Below are positions 27,430 through 32,000 of a stretch of 32,000 bases of DNA, one piece after another. Made by a program: the position numbers and the translations under genes. The first letter of the stretch is position 1, and each line of letters opens with the position of its first letter. The DNA comes from Aliivibrio fischeri ES114. GTDB lineage: Bacteria; Pseudomonadota; Gammaproteobacteria; Enterobacterales; Vibrionaceae. The notes below the pieces were generated by a model. The model was not told where the DNA came from. It did no database searches and saw nothing but the letters and a program-made list of their open reading frames with translations. The stretch lies in NCBI RefSeq assembly GCF_000011805.1, contig NC_006840.2. One strand, 5' to 3'.

Positions 27430-28326
27430 ATGAATAATGATATGGCATTAATGGAGCGTTTTTTAGATACCATGTGGATGGAGCGTGGCCTGTCTGAAAA
27501 TACGTTGGCTTCATATCGAAACGATTTAGTGAAGTTGTTGCAGTGGTTAGAAGATAATCACTATAAATGTGCTTCTATTTCAGCGATGGGACTTAATGAG
27601 TTTCAAGCTTATTTAGTTGATAAAGAATATAAACAAACTTCTCGAGCTCGAATGCTGTCTGCATTACGTCGTTTTTTTCAGTATTTACATCGTGAAAAAA
27701 TCCGCGGAGATGATCCCACAGCATTACTTGCTAGCCCTAAATTACCTCAACGCTTACCAAAAGATTTAAGTGAAGAGCAAGTTGATGCGTTGCTTAATGC
27801 TCCGAATGTCGAAGATCCTCTAGAGCTTCGAGATCGAGCAATGTTAGAACTACTTTATGCAACAGGTTTACGTGTTACTGAGCTAGTTAGCTTAACCATG
27901 GAAAATGTAAGTTTACGCCAAGGTGTTGTACGAGTTACTGGTAAAGGTGATAAAGAACGTTTAGTCCCAATGGGAGAGAATGCCGTAGATTGGATTGAGC
28001 AGTTTTTAACTCATGGTCGTCCAATGCTGCTTGGTGAAAAAAGTTCGGATGTCGTGTTTCCTAGTAAACGAGCAAAACAAATGACTCGTCAGACATTTTG
28101 GCACCGAATTAAGCATTATGCTGTTATTGCTGGTATTGATTCTGATAAATTATCGCCACACGTATTGCGACATGCTTTTGCTACACATCTTTTAAACTAT
28201 GGCGCAGATCTCCGTGTTGTACAAATGTTGTTAGGACATAGTGATCTTTCAACAACACAAATATATACTCATGTAGCAACGGAACGTTTGAAGCAAATTC
28301 ATCAAGAGCATCACCCTCGCTCATAA
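27430..28326 (+). CDS. xerD: site-specific tyrosine recombinase XerD (chromosome dimer resolution)
   Basis: 298 aa with ERGLSENTLASYRNDL, RDRAMLELLYATGLRVTELVSL, HVLRHAFATHLL and LGHSDLSTTQIYTH, covering the R-H-R-Y catalytic residues. It sits in the xerD-dsbC-recJ-prfB context. Confidence 0.95.
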   Translation: MNNDMALMERFLDTMWMERGLSENTLASYRNDLVKLLQWLEDNHYKCASISAMGLNEFQAYLVDKEYKQTSRARMLSALRRFFQYLHREKIRGDDPTALLASPKLPQRLPKDLSEEQVDALLNAPNVEDPLELRDRAMLELLYATGLRVTELVSLTMENVSLRQGVVRVTGKGDKERLVPMGENAVDWIEQFLTHGRPMLLGEKSSDVVFPSKRAKQMTRQTFWHRIKHYAVIAGIDSDKLSPHVLRHAFATHLLNYGADLRVVQMLLGHSDLSTTQIYTHVATERLKQIHQEHHPRS

Positions 28327-28400
28327 TTGAGGGAACTTCTGGTGGTTTAAAAACTCTAAACTTCAAATCTTCTACAATTACATTTTTTATAGGTACCCTT

Positions 28401-29177
28401 ATGTCATTTATTCGCCGAACTAGTGCGATGATCATTGCTTTAATGAGCGTAGTTTCTTTTACTGCATGTTCAGATGAACAAGCAAAAAACCAGGATGCGT
28501 CACCTTCTGCTGTTGAGGCTGCTCAACCTGATGCAGAACAAGCTATTACTCAGCGACTAACGACTTTAGGTTTGCCTGTAGAAGCTATCCATGATTCTGA
28601 AGTAGATGGTTTTAAACAAGTTGAAACACCGTTTGGGATTTTTTACGTATCTTCAGATGGTAAGCATTTTATTCAAGGTCGAATTTTTGAGTTTGATGAA
28701 AATGGTGACATGAAAGATTTATTAGCTGCTCGTTTTGCTAAATTGGTGGATAGCCAAAGCGAAAATATGATTGTATTCCCAGCTAAAAACGAAAAACACG
28801 TTATTACTGTATTTACAGATATTACTTGTGGTTACTGTACAAAACTGCATAAAGAGATGAAAGACTATAATGATGCGGGTATTACCGTTCGTTATTTAGC
28901 ATACCCTCGCCAAGGCTACCAAGGATCAGTTGCTGATAAAATGGCTCAAATTTGGTGTGCTGATGATAAACAGCAAGCAATGGAAGATGCAAAATCAAAT
29001 CGTCCAATTAATGGTTCAAAACCTGCAACTGCAGAGTGTAAAAACATCATTAAAGAACAGTATTTATTAGGCAGAAAGATGGGTGTAAATGGAACACCAG
29101 CAATCGTTCTTCCAAGTGGTGATCTTGTTCCTGGATACAAACCAGCACGAGAGCTTCTATCTGATTTAGAAAAATAA
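28401..29177 (+). CDS. dsbC: thiol:disulfide interchange protein / disulfide isomerase DsbC, with lipobox and N-terminal tether
   Basis: VITVFTDITCGYCTKLH (CGYC codons at 28827-28838), GITVRYLAYPRQG and GVNGTPAIVL are colinear with E. coli DsbC. It is 22 aa longer at the N-terminus, and the signal peptide ends in SFTAC (Cys23 codon at 28467-28469). Confidence 0.92.
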   Translation: MSFIRRTSAMIIALMSVVSFTACSDEQAKNQDASPSAVEAAQPDAEQAITQRLTTLGLPVEAIHDSEVDGFKQVETPFGIFYVSSDGKHFIQGRIFEFDENGDMKDLLAARFAKLVDSQSENMIVFPAKNEKHVITVFTDITCGYCTKLHKEMKDYNDAGITVRYLAYPRQGYQGSVADKMAQIWCADDKQQAMEDAKSNRPINGSKPATAECKNIIKEQYLLGRKMGVNGTPAIVLPSGDLVPGYKPARELLSDLEK

Positions 29178-29198
29178 TTCAGTAAAGCCATTCATTTT

Positions 29199-29226
29199 AA
29201 TCCCCGTATATGCGGGGATTTTTTTA
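29199..29226 (+). terminator. strong rho-independent terminator between dsbC and recJ
   Basis: atccccgt / gcggggat stem (7 Watson-Crick pairs plus 1 G-U), an atat loop and a T-run to 29225. Confidence 0.85.
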
Positions 29227-29247
29227 TTGAAAAACTAGGTGAAATTC

Positions 29248-30987
29248 ATGATTGAAGTGAAACGTCGAACAGTACCATCCTCAACTCAACTTCCTGATTC
29301 GATACCTCCGATTTTGCAGCGAATTTATGCAGCGAGAGGGATTACATCAAGCTCGCAGCTTGAGCGTGGTGCAAAATTTTTACTATCATTTCAATCAATG
29401 CACGGTATTTCTAAAGCTGTAGATATCCTAGTTGAAGCAATTCAAAAGCAAACTCGTATTATCGTTGTTGGGGATTTTGATGCCGATGGTGCAACCAGTT
29501 CAGCATTATCTGTAATGGCATTTCGTATGATGGGAAGTCAAAATGTCGATTACTTGGTGCCTAACCGATTTGAAGACGGCTATGGCTTGAGTCCTGATGT
29601 TGTGGATCAAGCAAAAGAGATGGGTGCTGAGATCATCATGACCGTTGATAATGGTGTTTCATCCATTGATGGTGTTTTGAAAGCAAAAGAATATGGTATG
29701 CAAGTTGTGGTAACGGATCATCACTTACCTGGTGCTCATTTGCCTCTTGCTGATGCGATTGTAAACCCTAATTTAGAGGCGTGCGCATTCCCATCTAAAT
29801 CTTTAGCAGGTGTAGGTGTTGCCTTTTATTTAATGCTTGCTATTCGTGCTCGTCTTCGTGAAATAAATTGGTTTGAAAAACAAAATATAGCGATACCGAA
29901 TTTAGCTGATTTACTTGATTTAGTTGCGCTTGGGACTGTGGCTGACTTAGTTGCTTTGGATGAAAATAATCGAATTCTTGTTCATCAAGGTATTCAACGC
30001 ATTCGCGCTGGTAAGTGTCGACCAGGGATCCAAGCGCTGATTGAAGTGGCTAACCGAGTTCCATCACGTATTGTTGCTTCTGACTTTGGGTTTGCGTTAG
30101 GCCCAAGAATAAATGCAGCGGGTCGTTTGGATGATATGTCATTTGGTGTTGAGCTTTTAATGTCAAATAATATTCATGCCGCTCGTCGTATGGCGGCAGA
30201 ATTAGATTCATTAAATCAAACTCGAAAAGAAATTGAGCAGGGCATGAAAGAAGAAGCCATGGCTATTTGTGAGCGATTAGAGTTTGGTGCTCAAAGTGAA
30301 TTGCCTTTTGGATTGGTGTTGTTTCAGCGTGATTGGCACCAAGGTGTTATTGGTATTTTGGCTTCACGTATAAAAGAAAAATATCATCGTCCTGTCATTG
30401 CTTTTGCTGACGGTGGTGATGGTTTTATTAAAGGATCATGCCGCTCTATTGCAGGCTTTCATATGCGTGATGCATTAGATTTGATTGATACTAGAAATCC
30501 AGGCCTTATTTTGAAATTTGGTGGACATGCTATGGCTGCTGGATTAACCATTAAAGAGGCGGATTACAAAAAATTCAGTCAAGCTTTTGATGATGTCGTC
30601 CGTGAGTCGGTAGAAGAAGAAGCTCTTAAAGGGATTATTTTATCTGATGGTGCACTAACACCAGAAGAATTTACATTAGGTACGGCTGAAATTATCCGAG
30701 CGGGTGGACCATGGGGACAAGCTTTTCCTGAGCCTATTTTTGATGGTGAATTTAAAGTATTAAACCAACGTCTAGTGGGCGAAAAACATCTTAAATTAAT
30801 GTTAGAGCCGATTCACCGTGATTTTCCAACCAATAAAATGGTTGATGCTATCGCATTTAATATTGATGTTCGCCGTTGGCCAGATGCTTCAGTTCAAAAA
30901 GTAAAGTTAGCTTATCGACTCGATATTAATGAATTTCGTGGAAATCAGACCTTACAGCTTATGGTTGAGAACATTGAACCACTTTAA
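29248..30987 (+). CDS. recJ: single-stranded-DNA-specific 5'-3' exonuclease RecJ
   Basis: DHH motifs (VVGDFDADGATS, VDNG, TDHH), GGHAMAAG (DHHA1) and LDINEFRGNQTLQL, colinear with E. coli RecJ. I prefer the ATG at 29248 because an AGGTGA Shine-Dalgarno lies 5 nt upstream. The track start 29239 is a GTG. Confidence 0.94.
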   Translation: MIEVKRRTVPSSTQLPDSIPPILQRIYAARGITSSSQLERGAKFLLSFQSMHGISKAVDILVEAIQKQTRIIVVGDFDADGATSSALSVMAFRMMGSQNVDYLVPNRFEDGYGLSPDVVDQAKEMGAEIIMTVDNGVSSIDGVLKAKEYGMQVVVTDHHLPGAHLPLADAIVNPNLEACAFPSKSLAGVGVAFYLMLAIRARLREINWFEKQNIAIPNLADLLDLVALGTVADLVALDENNRILVHQGIQRIRAGKCRPGIQALIEVANRVPSRIVASDFGFALGPRINAAGRLDDMSFGVELLMSNNIHAARRMAAELDSLNQTRKEIEQGMKEEAMAICERLEFGAQSELPFGLVLFQRDWHQGVIGILASRIKEKYHRPVIAFADGGDGFIKGSCRSIAGFHMRDALDLIDTRNPGLILKFGGHAMAAGLTIKEADYKKFSQAFDDVVRESVEEEALKGIILSDGALTPEEFTLGTAEIIRAGGPWGQAFPEPIFDGEFKVLNQRLVGEKHLKLMLEPIHRDFPTNKMVDAIAFNIDVRRWPDASVQKVKLAYRLDINEFRGNQTLQLMVENIEPL

Positions 30988-31024
30988 TTCATGAATAATC
31001 CGTAAAACACGTTAATTTTCACTG

Positions 31025-31057
31025 AACAACTCATTAAAAAAGACTTAATGAGTTGTT
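31025..31057 (+). terminator. hairpin terminator after recJ
   Basis: A 13-bp perfect stem aacaactcattaa / ttaatgagttgtt with a 7-nt loop. The downstream tract is only moderately T-rich. Confidence 0.6.
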
Positions 31058-31256
31058 ATGTTTATGGTCTAGTTGCAAACAGATAGGCCTTATTTTTCTT
31101 TGGGAAGTTAAATAAAAAACGTTTTGGTGTGATGTTTTTTACACCATTTTCTCAATCTTTATTGTTCTTGCTTTCAGAGGGTGAAATACCTCGATTTCTA
31201 TCACACTTTTGGTTAAAATCTCTCGGTTATTTTTTATTCGGCGATGATAAAACACC

Positions 31257-32000
31257 ATGTTCGAAATTAATCCTATTAAAAACCGTCTCCAGGATGTGTC
31301 TGAACGCACAAATATCCTGAGGGGGTACCTTTGACTATGACGCTAAAAAAGAGCGTCTAGAAGAAGTAAATGCAGAGCTAGAACAACCGGATGTATGGAA
31401 TGAACCTGAACGTGCACAAGCACTAGGTAAAGAACGTGCATCACTAGAAGCTGTTGTTGAAACCATTGATCTTTTAGATCAAGGTGTTGAAGACGTAGAT
31501 GGCTTACTAGAACTTGCGGTTGAAGAAGAAGATCAAGAAACCTTTGATGAAATTGAACCGGAACTGGCTGAGTTAGAAGCTAAGCTAGCGAAACTTGAGT
31601 TTCGTCGTATGTTCTCTGGTGATCACGATGCTTCTGACTGTTATATCGATCTTCAATCAGGCTCTGGTGGTACAGAGGCTCAAGATTGGACTTCTATGAT
31701 GCTGCGTATGTATTTACGTTGGGCTGAAGCAAAAGGCTTCAAAGTAGAAGTTATCGAAGTATCAGAAGGTGAAGTTGCTGGTCTTAAAGGCGCAACAGTT
31801 CGTATCGCTGGTGAATACGCTTATGGTTGGTTACGTACAGAAACTGGTGTTCACCGTTTAGTTCGTAAATCGCCATTTGATTCTAGTGGTCGTCGCCATA
31901 CTTCATTTGCATCTGCATTTATTTATCCAGAGATTGATGACAACATTCAGATTGATATCAACCCTTCTGATTTACGTATTGATGTTTACCGTGCTTCTGG
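31257..32000 (+). CDS. prfB: peptide chain release factor 2, 5' part, requires a +1 programmed frameshift (gene continues past the right edge)
   Basis: Absent from the ORF track. Frame 0 runs ATG 31257 ... CTT 31329-31331, then an in-frame TGA at 31332-31334 ([25 protein letters not shown]). The +1 frame from GAC 31333 reads [35 protein letters not shown] ... IDVYRASG and stays open to the window end. Confidence 0.95.
31320..31335 (+). promoter_or_regulatory. RF2 autoregulatory +1 frameshift site
   Basis: AGGGGG TAC CTT TGA C contains an internal Shine-Dalgarno-like AGGGGG, 3 nt, then the slippery CTT followed by TGA-C. This has the same architecture as the E. coli prfB site AGG GGG TAT CTT TGA C. 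Confidence 0.9.

Noticed and set aside
27430-28326. Tyrosine recombinase considered as a marker of an integrated mobile element.
   Set aside because: The sequence and the fldB/xerD-dsbC-recJ-prfB context identify housekeeping XerD. There are no flanking att-like repeats, cargo genes or compositional break.
25297-29191. Minus-strand ORFs 25297-25512 (over the brnQ start), 28181-28435 (over the xerD end and dsbC start) and 28946-29191 (inside dsbC).
   Set aside because: They overlap confident genes, have no family resemblance and lack translation signals.
8938-30987. Co-occurrence of pilT/pilU, endA (dns-type nuclease) and recJ considered as a dedicated competence or DNA-uptake island.
   Set aside because: Each gene sits in its ancestral E. 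coli-like synteny block among unrelated housekeeping genes, so the proximity reflects core-genome order and not a functional island.
31066-31081. tctagttgcaaac after the recJ hairpin resembles tctagttagcaaagcg of the repeat family's 21-nt module.
   Set aside because: It is only about 13 nt and needs an indel, the spacer is not convergent, and no other modules are present. That is too weak to call a copy.
31129-31320. 63-aa hydrophobic ORF (MMFFTPFSQSLLFLL...) in the recJ-prfB spacer, considered as a small membrane protein or leader peptide.
   Set aside because: It begins inside a hairpin, lacks a Shine-Dalgarno sequence, and its 3' third overlaps the prfB start region in another frame. The T-rich promoter DNA naturally translates to Phe/Leu-rich sequence.

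Overview
AT-rich gamma-proteobacterial chromosome, by gene content and order a Vibrionaceae (Aliivibrio/Vibrio-like) core region. It is densely packed with about 33 housekeeping genes in blocks that mirror E. coli synteny. The blocks are: mltC-yggX-mutY divergent from trmB-glsB; hemW-rdgB-DUF4426-yggU-yggT-proC-yggS divergent from pilT-pilU; ruvX-yqgE-gshB-rsmE-endA-sprT-metK divergent from tkt-epd-pgk-fbaA; srmB-trmN; brnQ; and fldB divergent from xerD-dsbC-recJ-prfB. Two genes are missing from the ORF track because they run off the window edges: mltC (1..627, minus) and prfB (31257..32000, plus, with its classical +1 programmed frameshift site). I see no rRNA, tRNA, CRISPR array, transposase, phage gene, toxin-antitoxin or defence-type gene, and no accessory island, so I do not claim a novel protein-coding system. 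The least ordinary signal is non-coding. It is a family of roughly 35-140 bp CTAG-rich, partly palindromic intergenic elements with shared 21-23 nt modules, a central hairpin and 7-bp CTAGTCC-type heptad arrays. These elements occupy the spacers between convergent gene pairs (pilU/ruvX, brnQ/fldB, fbaA/srmB, and tentatively glsB/hemW). Smaller points are a likely 1-nt frameshift at the 3' end of pilU, a DsbC with a lipobox and tether, an intra-operon terminator abutting recJ, and candidate MetJ, Lrp-like and LacI/PurR-like operator sites. All family assignments rest on my recognition of the translated sequences. No database search was run.
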